This document shows, piece by piece, positions 1 through 9,566 of a DNA stretch of 64,000 bases; position 1 is the first letter of the stretch; the number at the start of each line of letters is the position of its first letter. The notes beneath the pieces were generated by a model. The model was given only the letters and a program-made list of their open reading frames with translations. It did no database searches and was not told the origin of the DNA. Made by a program: the position numbers and the translations under genes. Location of the stretch: NCBI GenBank assembly GCA_963771885.1, contig CAVYVF010000002.1, positions 288,001-352,000 on the forward strand. Direction: 5' to 3'. The DNA comes from Candidatus Bathyarchaeota archaeon (GTDB lineage Archaea; Thermoproteota; Bathyarchaeia; TCS64).

Positions 1-85
1 GCCCCAGCTTGAGGGTGCACATACGTGGGCAGATTATGCAACGCGATGTCTCCTCGTCAACTCGCTCCTGATAACGGCTCTCCAT
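1..85 (-). CDS. Partial (5' end) radical SAM enzyme, AmmeMemoRadiSam/PflX-like; runs off the window
   Basis: Manual translation MESRYQERVDEETSRCIICPRMCTLKLG; the CxxCPxxC N-terminal motif is typical of this family; downstream of psmA on the same strand. Confidence 0.6.
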   Translation of the reverse strand, partial: MESRYQERVDEETSRCIICPRMCTLKLG

Positions 86-122
86 GGGTGATCCCCTGGA
101 GAGGGAATGGGATAAAACTTGC

Positions 123-824
123 CTAGAAATGCTTGACTATCTCGTCGGCGCCGAGCTTTCTGAAGTTCTTGTCTTCGGTCGTGATGACGGCGGCGTTGAC
201 ATTCTCTGCCTTGAGTCCGTTTGAGTAAGCCACCTTCAGGCTCTCCACCGCGAGGGCGACGGCGTCGTCAAGGCCTATGTCCGCCTTGTACTCCTTCTCG
301 AGGAGCTCCTTCGCCTTCTCACTGTTCATGCCGAGCGCCGCCGCCTTGTAACCGCGGTAGCTGCCGCTCGGGTCCGTCGTGATTAGGCGGGGACCTGACG
401 AGTCCACGCCTGCCACAATCATGCTTACACCAAACGGGCGGACGCCCGCATTCTGAGTGTACTGCTGAAGGGTATCACCTATGCTACTGACAAGCGCCTC
501 GATACCGATCGGCTCATCATACGTCATCCTGTGGCTCTGACAAGCATAACGCGCCTCGCGCACGAGTACGCGTGCGTCCGGGCTAAGACCCGCTATGACC
601 GCGGCCACGTGCGTGTCAAACTCGAATAGCTTCTTGCTGAAGCGGGGGTCCTCGAGGTTGTTCTGGAGTATCTCCACGGCGGCAAGGGCTACGCCCTCCT
701 TGGAGATGACGCCGGCGACCGGTGCCCCACGCTTCACAAGTTCTAAAGCGTACTCGACCTGATAGATGCGCCCCTCCGGGGAGAAGATCGTGATAGCCTC
801 GTCATACTCTCTTCCACGTGACAT
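123..824 (-). CDS. psmA: Proteasome alpha subunit
   Basis: YD.AITIFSPEGRIYQVEYA signature, RPFGVS and DPSG motifs. Confidence 0.95.
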   Translation of the reverse strand: MSRGREYDEAITIFSPEGRIYQVEYALELVKRGAPVAGVISKEGVALAAVEILQNNLEDPRFSKKLFEFDTHVAAVIAGLSPDARVLVREARYACQSHRMTYDEPIGIEALVSSIGDTLQQYTQNAGVRPFGVSMIVAGVDSSGPRLITTDPSGSYRGYKAAALGMNSEKAKELLEKEYKADIGLDDAVALAVESLKVAYSNGLKAENVNAAVITTEDKNFRKLGADEIVKHF

Positions 825-944
825 ATACTTAGCCCCTGCCTGCTTATCGATAAGGTGGCGGATATTTAAACCTCAGGCTCGAGCCACGCAAACACACACA
901 CGCGTAAAAAGTGAATAAGGGTACACAATCTCATACAAGGTAGA

Positions 945-1439
945 CTACTTCGCCATCTTCTCAAGCTCAGCCGATGTGAGACGGAACGTAGTCCACCCCT
1001 CCATCGCTTTCGCCCCGAGCCTGAAGTAGAACTGCCTGCTTGGCTCGTTCCAGTCGAGGCAAGTCCACTCCATCCGCGCGCACCCCTTCTCCAGCGCGAT
1101 CTTCGCCAACCTGCCCAGGAGCGCCGAGCCAACACCGCTACCACGGAGTTCCTCTGGTACGAACACGTCCTCGAGCCAGAGCGTCGGACGACCAGTCCAC
1201 GTGCTAAAAGTGAAATAGTAAAGGGCGAACCCGACGTATTCGGGCCCCTCCTTCCCCGTATTCTCCGCGAGCAGCACCTTGAAAATGGAGTCTGGTCCCC
1301 ATCCCCACTTCTCGAAGTCGCCGTGTGTCCCGACGAAGCTCTCCGGCGACTTCTCGTAGACGGCGAGCTGCCTCGCTAGGTCCATTATGGTTGGGATGTC
1401 CTTCTTGGTTGCTTCCCTGATCCCGAAGCTGACCTTCAT
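945..1439 (-). CDS. GNAT N-acetyltransferase (SSAT/diamine acetyltransferase-like)
   Basis: FSTWTGRPTLWLEDVFV..RGSGVG, LDWN..S..FY motifs. Confidence 0.9.
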   Translation of the reverse strand: MKVSFGIREATKKDIPTIMDLARQLAVYEKSPESFVGTHGDFEKWGWGPDSIFKVLLAENTGKEGPEYVGFALYYFTFSTWTGRPTLWLEDVFVPEELRGSGVGSALLGRLAKIALEKGCARMEWTCLDWNEPSRQFYFRLGAKAMEGWTTFRLTSAELEKMAK

Positions 1440-1475
1440 GGGTGAAATCGACGTGGCAACCCGTTAAGAGGGTTT

Positions 1476-2351
1476 CTAGGCAACCTCACCACGTGCCACC
1501 ATCACGACCTTGCCGCCGACGCGCACGTCGATGCCCACTTTTGCCTCCTCAGCGCGTAGATAGAGTATACTTGGGCGGCTGATCTCCGCCCCCTGTTCGA
1601 CGCGCACATCAATCTTCGCTGAGCCGAAGTACCTGTGCTTTACTAGGTACCCCGCTAGGCACCCGTTGGCGCTCCCAGTAGCCGGGTCCTCCGTCCAGTC
1701 TGTCACCATCCTCGCCTTGAGATGGTTGCCCTTAGCCTCTGGCTCGGGGCAGAATAGTAGGGGCCACTTCGCCTTGTTGTTCATCGAGTACGCCTTGAAT
1801 GCCTCAACGTTCAGCTTAATCCTCTTCAGCGCCTCACGCTTCTTGAGGGGTATCATATAGAACCAGACCCCGGTAGAGACCTCTTGTATCGGGAACCTTG
1901 TGTCGATGTCAGATGCCTTGAGCCCGAACATGGGGGCGATATCCTCTGCTCTGTGGATGGCGCCGAACTCGGGGTTGAGCTGCTTCATCCAGAGAAGTGT
2001 CTTCCCATCCTCTGCCGTCTGGAACGACACCGGGATTAACCCCGCCTTCAGGTCTAGTGTCAGGTCGGGAATGTCCTTCTTGATTATCTCCTTCGCTGCC
2101 ACGTAGGCGGTGCCGAGCGTCGGGTGTCCAGCAAACGGGAGCTCCCCCACCGGGGTGAAGATGCGGACCTTGAAGATCCGCTTCTCGACATCCGACTCGG
2201 TGACGAATGTGCTCTCGCTGAAATTCATCTCTCTTGTGAACTTTTGCATCTGCTCAGACGACCAGCCCTCTTTATCGACGACAACAGCGAGCTGGTTTCC
2301 CTCTAACTTCGCCTCAGCGAAGACATCCACTATGAAAAGCGCGTTACCCAA
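1476..2351 (-). CDS. PhzF family isomerase/epimerase
   Basis: VDVF..GNQLAV, FSESTF, ELPFAGHPTLG, EDPATGSA. Confidence 0.93.
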   Translation of the reverse strand: MGNALFIVDVFAEAKLEGNQLAVVVDKEGWSSEQMQKFTREMNFSESTFVTESDVEKRIFKVRIFTPVGELPFAGHPTLGTAYVAAKEIIKKDIPDLTLDLKAGLIPVSFQTAEDGKTLLWMKQLNPEFGAIHRAEDIAPMFGLKASDIDTRFPIQEVSTGVWFYMIPLKKREALKRIKLNVEAFKAYSMNNKAKWPLLFCPEPEAKGNHLKARMVTDWTEDPATGSANGCLAGYLVKHRYFGSAKIDVRVEQGAEISRPSILYLRAEEAKVGIDVRVGGKVVMVARGEVA

Positions 2352-2402
2352 TGCGATCCGATGATAAAGACGCCTGAGCTTATTTGAGGTATGCGCGCCT
2401 CA

Positions 2403-2807
2403 TCATTCTACCGCGTGCTCGACACTCCGGGCGAGGTTCTCAAAGTGGGAGAGGTCCCCTTTCTTCCTGATATAGTAGTTGACGCCTGCAGCGAGCGCCG
2501 CGTTGGCTACGATCTCGCTGTCCCACGCGGTGTAGATGATGAACGGTATATTGCTCGTCTTCCTTATCTCGATGCAGAGTTCTATGCCAGACATCTCCGG
2601 CATTTTATAGTCTGATACTATACAGTCGAAGTCCTGCTTCTTTAGCAGCGATAGCGCCTCTCTAGGCGCCGACACGGTCGTGACGTCGAGCGAAGCCTTC
2701 TTGAGGTTGAGCTTGACAATCTCGGCGTTGTCCTTCTCATCGTCGATGAATAGGATGCGTATTGCCTTCTTCGCGTTTCCCTTTTTCTCAGGCAAGATGC
2801 GCGCCAC
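2403..2807 (-). CDS. Stand-alone response regulator receiver domain
   Basis: ILFIDDE, DCIVSDYKMPEMSG, FIIYT, YIRK. Confidence 0.9.
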   Translation of the reverse strand: MARILPEKKGNAKKAIRILFIDDEKDNAEIVKLNLKKASLDVTTVSAPREALSLLKKQDFDCIVSDYKMPEMSGIELCIEIRKTSNIPFIIYTAWDSEIVANAALAAGVNYYIRKKGDLSHFENLARSVEHAVE

Positions 2808-2866
2808 CTAGACTGGAGTACTATGGAGTTGCGGTGAGTAGTTAAGGATTAATAACTCGACGAGGA

Positions 2867-3412
2867 CTAGAAGAATATCCCCGGGCGGACCGTGTCGTGG
2901 TAAACCCAGTTCTTCTGGGCTACCGGCTTTGCAGACGACATCTTTAACTTTCCCTCCTCGAGGCAGTCGACGTCGATGCTCACCGCGACGACCTCGCCAA
3001 CGAAAATTGTGTGGTCGCCGCAAGTCACTCTGTTTACGACCTCGCACTCCATGTGCCCGTAGCACTCTTCGATGATGGGCGGGCGGACTTTCTGAGCTGG
3101 CTTCGGGGTGAGCCCCGCCTCGACCCACTTGTCGACGTCTCTCCCTGATTTGACGCCGCAGACGTGCGTCTTAGCCGCGACGTCGAAGCCGGGGGAGTTG
3201 ACGACGAACTCCCCCTGCTCCGCGATGAGGTCGTGGCTGTACCTCTTCGGGCTGACTCCTATAACGACCTGGGGTGGGTCGTGGCTAATCGGCATATACA
3301 TGCCCAGTGTGATTATGTTCGGCTTTCCATCTTCGTCAACGCAGGTGACGAGCACGACTGGGGCGATGGGCCCCGCTTGGCTGTACCTGAGCCTAGGGAG
3401 ACTCGTCTTCAT
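2867..3412 (-). CDS. Flavin reductase-like (flavoredoxin) protein
   Basis: PVVLVT..PNIIT, G.KSGRDVDK, GDHTIFVGEV; start taken at ATG 3412. Confidence 0.9.
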   Translation of the reverse strand: MKTSLPRLRYSQAGPIAPVVLVTCVDEDGKPNIITLGMYMPISHDPPQVVIGVSPKRYSHDLIAEQGEFVVNSPGFDVAAKTHVCGVKSGRDVDKWVEAGLTPKPAQKVRPPIIEECYGHMECEVVNRVTCGDHTIFVGEVVAVSIDVDCLEEGKLKMSSAKPVAQKNWVYHDTVRPGIFF

Positions 3413-3560
3413 GATTCTCATCTTTCCTGATGGCCTCACCGCATCTGCGGCATTTCTTCACTTCCTCGGTTCCTTGGAGCTCTCCCCACATGCTGTAGAT
3501 TGTCATCATGTCGTCGTCGAACTCCTCGGAGCCGCACTTGGGGCACCTGAGTTTGCTCAT
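3393..3560 (-). CDS. 55-aa CPxCG-type zinc-finger microprotein
   Basis: Manual translation MSKLRCPKCGSEEFDDDMMTIYSMWGELQGTEEVKKCRRCGEAIRKDENHEDESP; two CxxC motifs; fills the gap between tiaS and the flavin reductase on the same strand. Confidence 0.8.
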   Translation of the reverse strand: MSKLRCPKCGSEEFDDDMMTIYSMWGELQGTEEVKKCRRCGEAIRKDENHEDESP

Positions 3561-3592
3561 GCTTGGGGAGAACGCGCGCCGGGATTAAAAGC

Positions 3593-4911
3593 CTAGTCAG
3601 AGTGCCACGGCTTGACTGGCGCTGAGGGGGCGCCGCTTTTCTCCTTCCCGTACCTCTTGAAGGGCTTGGTCAGGTGCCTCTCCGCCCTCGGCGGTGGGAG
3701 ATACACGCCCAATTTCAGGTCCCTCGGGATCTCCTCGTTGACCCTGACCATCTCGGCGCCCCTGTATCCGCACCTCTTGCAGCGGAGCCCCTGTCCGCGT
3801 CCCATCGACTCCGTCGATCCGCTGCACGATGGGCACCTAGGGTTCACGAGCCTATGCTCGATTGCCAGCGACAGGACCTCAAGGCGTTCGAGGTTGAGAG
3901 TGAGTCCCCCCTCCAGCTCCCTGACTCCGCCGGCGACCCTGACCTCGTCCTCCTTCCTTGAGCCTCGACACGGTCTCCCTGAAGCCCCCTGAGGGCTCGT
4001 AGGCTGCGCAGTCAACACTCCCCAGATCTATCCCTGATAGTGAAGATGACGTGACCGCCCTCGATGACCTCGAGCCCGCCCTCAACAGACCCAGTTACAA
4101 TCGAAGGGATTCTGGGTTTCAGTTTGGAGATCGGGTAACTGCGGTTTAGATGAGCGTCCGTCCCCTGGTTCGTCCTGAATATGCACCAACTCTCAACGGG
4201 CTCGCCGACCTCGATCATTTTCATGGCGCCGAATACGGATTCCGGGGTCTCGCCCCTAACACCATAGAGGACGGGGTCGGGTCCACGCGGCGCAATGAGC
4301 ATCTGCGCCGTCTCGGTGTCGACGCTGTTGAACGTCTCGGGAATGGACGCTTCTACCCTCCTCACGGAGTCCGCGTTGACTAGCCTTTTCTTTCCCCTGT
4401 TTTCGTGGACCCTGTAGGTGAGCAGTTCGTAGGTATGATCGCCCTCAAGGGTGCCGCCGATAGCAGCGAGCGCCCCGATGATCCCACGCCTGTTCTTCCA
4501 GCCCACAGCTCCGGCGCAGTGTTCGGTAATCAGCCTCTCCGCGTCCTTAAGGTGGACGATCGTCTGCACGACCTCGTCGTGGAACGCCTTGAGCTCTCTC
4601 GGGATCTCGCCGATGTGGAAAACGACGCCCGGGTTCGTGTTCTCACACTCGAACTCGGCGCCCGCCTCGATACCTTCGACGATAAGTCTCTTTATCTCCG
4701 CCTCCTTCACTTCCGGAGCCTCGATCCTGAGGCAGACTGAGCCATTCCCACGGGTCTTCCAAGGCGCGTTCGGGTTCAGCCTGAGGAGGTTCGGGTAGTC
4801 GATGAACCTGCACCCAATTGCCTCCAGCCGCCCCACTAATAGCATTCCGACGTACGTTGTGCACCCTCCCTCGGGGGAGTCCGTGTCGTCGATGCCGATG
4901 TGGAGTAGCAC
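3593..4911 (-). CDS. tiaS: tRNA(Ile2) agmatinylcytidine synthetase TiaS, split by two frameshifts (~4021, ~3951)
   Basis: HIGIDDTDS..GGCTTY, RLNPNAPWKTRGN, P.GPDPVLYGVRG, FRTNQGTD; OB fold DCAAYEPSG in a second frame; Zn ribbon NPRCPSC..RCKRC and RHLTKP in a third frame. Confidence 0.93.
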
Positions 4912-4978
4912 GTGGGTTCGCTTCCCCTGATGGTTAAAGCTCTATAAAGGTTGTCCGTGGATACCTTCTACGAGTTCA

Positions 4979-5461
4979 TTGCGGCTCATAGGGCGCGTAG
5001 ACAAGCTCAAGCAGGCGCGGGTAGAGGGGTACATAAGGTACGCGCCGAACTGGGACAATCATCCCATCACGTTCCTCGTCGACACCGGGGCGAGCAACTC
5101 ATGCATACTCCCCGATGATGTCCTAAAACTCAACTTAGATAGCAGCACTCTCCAGACGGTGACGAAGACTATCGTCACCGCGAACGGCCCAGTCAACCTC
5201 AAAGTCATAAAGAACGCCGAGATAGTCCTTCCCGTCTTCATCGGGCTCCTCGATAACAAGAAAGCCTACATCAGCTTCCCAATGGACAACCTGCCGGTCC
5301 TTCCACCCTCTCCCAACTACGCTCCTCTCCCGAAGGTGCTAGTATTCAGCATACTCGGCATGGACGTCCTGAGCCACTTCCCTCGGTGGAGCTTTGGGAA
5401 AGAACGCCTAGTTATGGAAAATGAGGAGGTTGTGGGGTTGAAAATGAGCTTTAAACTCTGA
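4979..5461 (+). CDS. Retropepsin-like (clan AA) aspartyl protease
   Basis: FLVDTGAS catalytic motif and SILGMDVL. Confidence 0.8.
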   Translation: MRLIGRVDKLKQARVEGYIRYAPNWDNHPITFLVDTGASNSCILPDDVLKLNLDSSTLQTVTKTIVTANGPVNLKVIKNAEIVLPVFIGLLDNKKAYISFPMDNLPVLPPSPNYAPLPKVLVFSILGMDVLSHFPRWSFGKERLVMENEEVVGLKMSFKL

Positions 5462-5478
5462 AAAGAAGGACCGCTGTC

Positions 5479-5706
5479 TTAGACAACTATCATCGTCAGC
5501 GTGCTGCGTACTTTGTCAAGGCGCCTTATCTTCCAGCTAATTATATCCTTGAGCTCCTGCATGGTATCAGTCTCGATGCGTGCAATGATGTCGTAGACGC
5601 CGTAAACCATGTGCGCCTCCTTGACCTCTTTAATCTCCTTGAGGCCCTTCAGCACCTCGGTCTCCGCGCCGATCTCCGCGTTGATCAACACGAACGCCGT
5701 CGCCAA
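5479..5706 (-). CDS. Lrp/AsnC ligand-binding (RAM) domain protein without HTH
   Basis: AFVLIN..VYGVYDII..IRRLDKVRSTLTMIV; probable TTG start 5706. Confidence 0.9.
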   Translation of the reverse strand: MATAFVLINAEIGAETEVLKGLKEIKEVKEAHMVYGVYDIIARIETDTMQELKDIISWKIRRLDKVRSTLTMIVV

Positions 5707-5794
5707 TTTAGTCACCGGTATCTCAATGGTATGATGATATTTAAAACTACAGTTGTAATGTAGAGTAGCTGTTCGGTGGACGGGTGTAATCTGG

Positions 5795-6532
5795 TTGCCA
5801 ATTTTAATGGTCAACGGTGAAAAGCTCGAAGCTGAGTTCCTGCTATTCGATGTAGACGGTACGCTTGTAGACGACGAGAACCGCTATAGAGCACTCGCGA
5901 CGCTCCGCTTCGACGCAATCGCGAAAATGGCTGGGAAGAGAGCCGCGGAGACGTGGGCGCCTCTAGGCGGGTACGATCCTGCCAGCATGGTTTTAGATAT
6001 GGCTGGCCCGATAGCGAAAGCTGCACGAAAGGAGGACATGGCGATCGCCGCCGTGGCAATATACCGGAACGGTAAAGGTTGGCATGAGGCGCGAGCCCTC
6101 GCCGAGGCGGCGTACGCGGACGCCGACGCGATCCAGATGCGCGATTACACGCCCAAACTCTACCCCGGAGTCGAGAAGAGCCTAAGAAGCCTCAAGAATG
6201 CGGGCTTCAAGCTTGGAATCGCCACAAACGGCTCGAACAAGATCACATGCGAACTGCTCGGCATTCTCAAAATACAGGAACAATTCTCAGTCGTTGTCGG
6301 CTCGGAGGACGCGTCGAACCCCAAGCCCGCCCCCGACCTCCTCATAGCCGCCTGCAGGAAGGCGAAAGTCTCAACAACGCACACAATCTATGTCGGCGAC
6401 CAGCAGGTGGACGCCGAAGCGGCGCATACCGCCGAGATACCGACATGTGTGATTGTAGGAAGGGCACAAGTTCCAGTCTCCCCCTCCGTCCGACGCGTAG
6501 CCTCCGTGGCAGACCTGCGCACCCACCCGTGA
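5795..6532 (+). CDS. HAD-superfamily phosphatase
   Basis: FDVDGTL, IATN, KPAPD, YVGDQQVD. Confidence 0.9.
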   Translation: MPILMVNGEKLEAEFLLFDVDGTLVDDENRYRALATLRFDAIAKMAGKRAAETWAPLGGYDPASMVLDMAGPIAKAARKEDMAIAAVAIYRNGKGWHEARALAEAAYADADAIQMRDYTPKLYPGVEKSLRSLKNAGFKLGIATNGSNKITCELLGILKIQEQFSVVVGSEDASNPKPAPDLLIAACRKAKVSTTHTIYVGDQQVDAEAAHTAEIPTCVIVGRAQVPVSPSVRRVASVADLRTHP

Positions 6533-6570
6533 GTCTTAAAGCCTCCACGGACAACTGAGAGTTGATCCCC

Positions 6571-8091
6571 ATGCTCCTAGACGAGTACCTCAAGGCACGC
6601 GAGATACAGGCTGCCGAGTACAACGCAAACTACCTCGGCGTCTCCAACCTTCTTCTCATGGAAAGCGCAGGCGGAGCAGTCGCAGACGCAGTCGCTGCCA
6701 AGGTTAAGCCCGGGGCACGCGTCTTCGTCGCCTGCGGTCTCGGCGGAAACGGTGGGGACGGTTTCGTTACCGCGCGCCACCTCGCAGACCGGGGATACAA
6801 GGTCAAGGCGATCCTCGCGGGGAACAGTAACTCTATACGCTCCGAGGAGACCCGCCACAACTTCGAGGTTGCAGAGCTTATGGCGGGCAGTCTTGAGCTA
6901 GAGGTCGTGGAGGATTCGACACAAGTCACGCCCATCGAAGCGGACGCGATAGTTGACGCCCTCATAGGATACACGTATCGTGGCAAGCTCTCACCTGTCA
7001 CTAAGGCTATCATTAATGCCATCAACGCGTCAAGTGCCTACACGGTCTCTATTGACACGCCTACGGGGCTCGTAGTCGACACCGGTGAGGCGCCCGAGGA
7101 ATGCGTTGAAGCGGACGTGACGGTCACATTCCACAAGCCGAAGACCGGATTCAGGGGCAAGCCAAAGCAGCTTGGGAAGCTCATCGTTGCCAAGCTGGGG
7201 TTGCCCGCCGAGGCGGAGACCTTCACGGGGCCTGGCGACGTGTTACTTGTCCACAGTCGGCGCGATCCGGAGGGGCATAAGGGTATGTTTGGGCGCTTGC
7301 TAGTCGTAGGTGGAAGTGAAACTTATCATGGCGCACCTGCCCTCGCCACTATGGGGGCACAGGCGACCGGAGTAGACCTCGTCTACACCGCTGTCCCCGA
7401 ATCCGCTGCCGACGGAGTAGCCGCTATCTCCCCCAGTATGATTGTTGTCAAGCTTAAGGGCGAGAGACTCACTCTCAAGAACCTTGTACAACTCAAGCCA
7501 TTCCTCGATAAAGTCGACGCCGTCGCCCTAGGGCCTGGGCTAGGGCTCGAAGAAGAGACGAAGAAAGCGGCGCTCCAACTTATCAAGGAGGCTGAGGCGA
7601 GGAAGCTGCCACTTGTTGTCGACGCCGACGCCCTAAAGGCATTCGGCGAAGCCCGGTGCAGGCTAAAGGTCCCAGCCGTCTTCACCCCCCACAGCAGAGA
7701 GTTCGAGGTCCTCACCGGGCGCAAGGCTGAAGGCGACTGGAGAGAGAAAGGCGCAATCGTCGAAGCTGAGGCGAAGCGCCTCGGCTCAATTATCCTCCTC
7801 AAAGGCTCAGTCGATGTCGTCAGCGACGGCTCCCACACACGATACAACTGGACGGGCAACCCCGGCATGACAGTCGGAGGCACAGGCGACGTACTCACAG
7901 GCATAACCGCGGGGTACATTTCCCAAGGTGTTGAGCCGTTCAACGCCGCCTGCGCGGGCGCCTTCATAAATGGCGCAGCCGGCGACGCAGTACAAGCCGA
8001 GAAGGGAAATCATATCCTCCCCGAGGAGATGATACAGTTCATCCCATACATAATAGAGGAAGCCGCCGCCGGGAAAATGAGGCTAGCCTAA
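6571..8091 (+). CDS. nnr: Bifunctional NAD(P)H-hydrate epimerase/dehydratase
   Basis: LMESAG, GGNGGDG, D.PTG (YjeF-N); HKG..G, GPGLG, VDADAL, TPH..EF, GGTGDVLTG (YjeF-C). Confidence 0.95.
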   Translation: MLLDEYLKAREIQAAEYNANYLGVSNLLLMESAGGAVADAVAAKVKPGARVFVACGLGGNGGDGFVTARHLADRGYKVKAILAGNSNSIRSEETRHNFEVAELMAGSLELEVVEDSTQVTPIEADAIVDALIGYTYRGKLSPVTKAIINAINASSAYTVSIDTPTGLVVDTGEAPEECVEADVTVTFHKPKTGFRGKPKQLGKLIVAKLGLPAEAETFTGPGDVLLVHSRRDPEGHKGMFGRLLVVGGSETYHGAPALATMGAQATGVDLVYTAVPESAADGVAAISPSMIVVKLKGERLTLKNLVQLKPFLDKVDAVALGPGLGLEEETKKAALQLIKEAEARKLPLVVDADALKAFGEARCRLKVPAVFTPHSREFEVLTGRKAEGDWREKGAIVEAEAKRLGSIILLKGSVDVVSDGSHTRYNWTGNPGMTVGGTGDVLTGITAGYISQGVEPFNAACAGAFINGAAGDAVQAEKGNHILPEEMIQFIPYIIEEAAAGKMRLA

Positions 8092-8960
8092 GGTAGAAGA
8101 GGCTGAACATTCACGTCCAACATCGCCCACAGCTTCTCAGGCGGGATCTGCAGGTCACGATGCGGCGCGTACTTGTTCACACCCATCAGCATGTCGAGAT
8201 AAGGCTTCTGCCTGATCCCCGGGTAGTCAGTGCCGAAAACGAGCTTCTGCAGCACACCCATATTCAACGCCGAGAGCAAGTCCTTCCACAACAGCCACAG
8301 GTAGCTCGGGTGGTTGATGTTCCCGTAGGGCCAGCTTATGTCGGCGTAGACGTTCTTGTGCTTCCTCAGAACGTAGAGCGTCTCGTCAACTCGCGGGTAA
8401 CCTAGGTGGGCGAGCACTATCCTCATCTTTGGGAAGTTCTTGGCGACTACGTCTATCTGCGCCGGGTCGGTATGGTAGAGAAGGTCATGCGCCTCGGGCA
8501 TCCCAGCGTGGTGGACGAGCACCGGCATGTCCAGCTCCTGCGCCACGTCATAGACCTCGAAGGCGTTCGGGTCGTCAGGACTGTAGCCGTCGGTGCAAGG
8601 ATAGAGCTTTAGGCCGAAGAGCCCGAACTCCTCCCTCTGCCTCCTCAGCGACTTAGCTGCACCACGCAGAACGGGATTGACGTAACCGAAACCCATGAGT
8701 CGGTCCGGCGCCTGCTTTACAAAGGCTGCGACCTGCTCGGGAGTAGTCCGCATGTCACTGAGGACTACCGCCTTCTCTATTCCCGCCTCATCTAGGTCAG
8801 CAAGGAACTCCTCGACGCTGACCGAGATGATAGTTGGGTGGGCTGGGTCTGTGTACTCAGTAATACTTATGTGACAGTGGTAGTCGACCTTCGGGAGGCC
8901 CGTGTGCTTTCTACCCTCGCGCCCCTCCCTAAGCTGGACTATTGTATCCATTCCCGACAA
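8088..8960 (-). CDS. Amidohydrolase_2 family metallohydrolase
   Basis: DYHCH, GLKLYP, PVLVH, LAHLG, YADIS, FGTDYP. Confidence 0.9.
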   Translation of the reverse strand: MSGMDTIVQLREGREGRKHTGLPKVDYHCHISITEYTDPAHPTIISVSVEEFLADLDEAGIEKAVVLSDMRTTPEQVAAFVKQAPDRLMGFGYVNPVLRGAAKSLRRQREEFGLFGLKLYPCTDGYSPDDPNAFEVYDVAQELDMPVLVHHAGMPEAHDLLYHTDPAQIDVVAKNFPKMRIVLAHLGYPRVDETLYVLRKHKNVYADISWPYGNINHPSYLWLLWKDLLSALNMGVLQKLVFGTDYPGIRQKPYLDMLMGVNKYAPHRDLQIPPEKLWAMLDVNVQPLLP

Positions 8961-9032
8961 TTTGGTGACCTCTGAATGATACTCTGCTTCCCTGTAAAAG
9001 ACTTGTCGAGATTCCGAAGGAGCACATCAGCG

Positions 9033-9119
9033 TCACTCCCTAAACTGGGGCAGGAGGTCCTTGTGCGCTTCAAAGAGTTCGATGAACGCCTGCTCAGTGG
9101 CGCGCGCGCCGCCAATACT
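9033..9119 (-). pseudogene. C-terminal remnant of a family 4 glycoside hydrolase (GH4)
   Basis: Manual translation SIGGARATEQAFIELFEAHKDLLPQFRE-stop resembles the GH4 C-terminus (EL.EAHK..LPQF). Confidence 0.65.
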
Positions 9120-9152
9120 TTTAACAAGATAAACCAATTACACAGAGGCAGC

Positions 9153-9389
9153 ATGAGTTTCATAGAAGCCTACAACCTCACATCGGCACGGAGTCAACTC
9201 ATAATGCGGTACAAGAACAGGAATGGTGAGCGGCTCGAAGTCTTCCTATCCGGTCAAACTCTGCTTACAATATTCAATCTAGACAAGGAGTCAATATCCA
9301 CCTACAACCGTCGAATTGACCCTGACGGATTCGACAGGACGCTTACCGCTTTTCTACTAGCGAACTCCATGACTAGGAAAGATACTTAA
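9153..9389 (+). CDS. Small hypothetical protein (78 aa)
   Basis: ATG 9153 lies about 30 nt after TATA-like TTTTAA; sits between the two GH4 remnants. Confidence 0.55.
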   Translation: MSFIEAYNLTSARSQLIMRYKNRNGERLEVFLSGQTLLTIFNLDKESISTYNRRIDPDGFDRTLTAFLLANSMTRKDT

Positions 9390-9530
9390 CCAACGGGCGC
9401 TCGCGAGGCGTCCATGATCCCCGTTGTGCAGCACAAGGTTGGAGCCTTTGAGGCCCTGCAGGTTGACGGCGTCAAGGACGGAGTTGTAACCAAATACGGC
9501 GCTTCCAGCCCCGACGAGGACGATGGGCAA
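9357..9530 (-). pseudogene. N-terminal remnant of a family 4 glycoside hydrolase (GH4, MelA-like)
   Basis: Manual translation (M)PIVLVGAGSAVFGYNSVLDAVNLQGLKGSNLVLHNGDHGRL..; GAGS.F NAD-binding start of GH4; similarity is lost after ~9400. Confidence 0.7.
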
Positions 9531-9566
9531 ACAATGGTCTTACGCAGATTAGATGCGGTGATAAGG

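Noticed and set aside
4979..5461. Retroelement suggested by the retropepsin
   Set aside because: No reverse transcriptase, integrase or terminal repeats nearby
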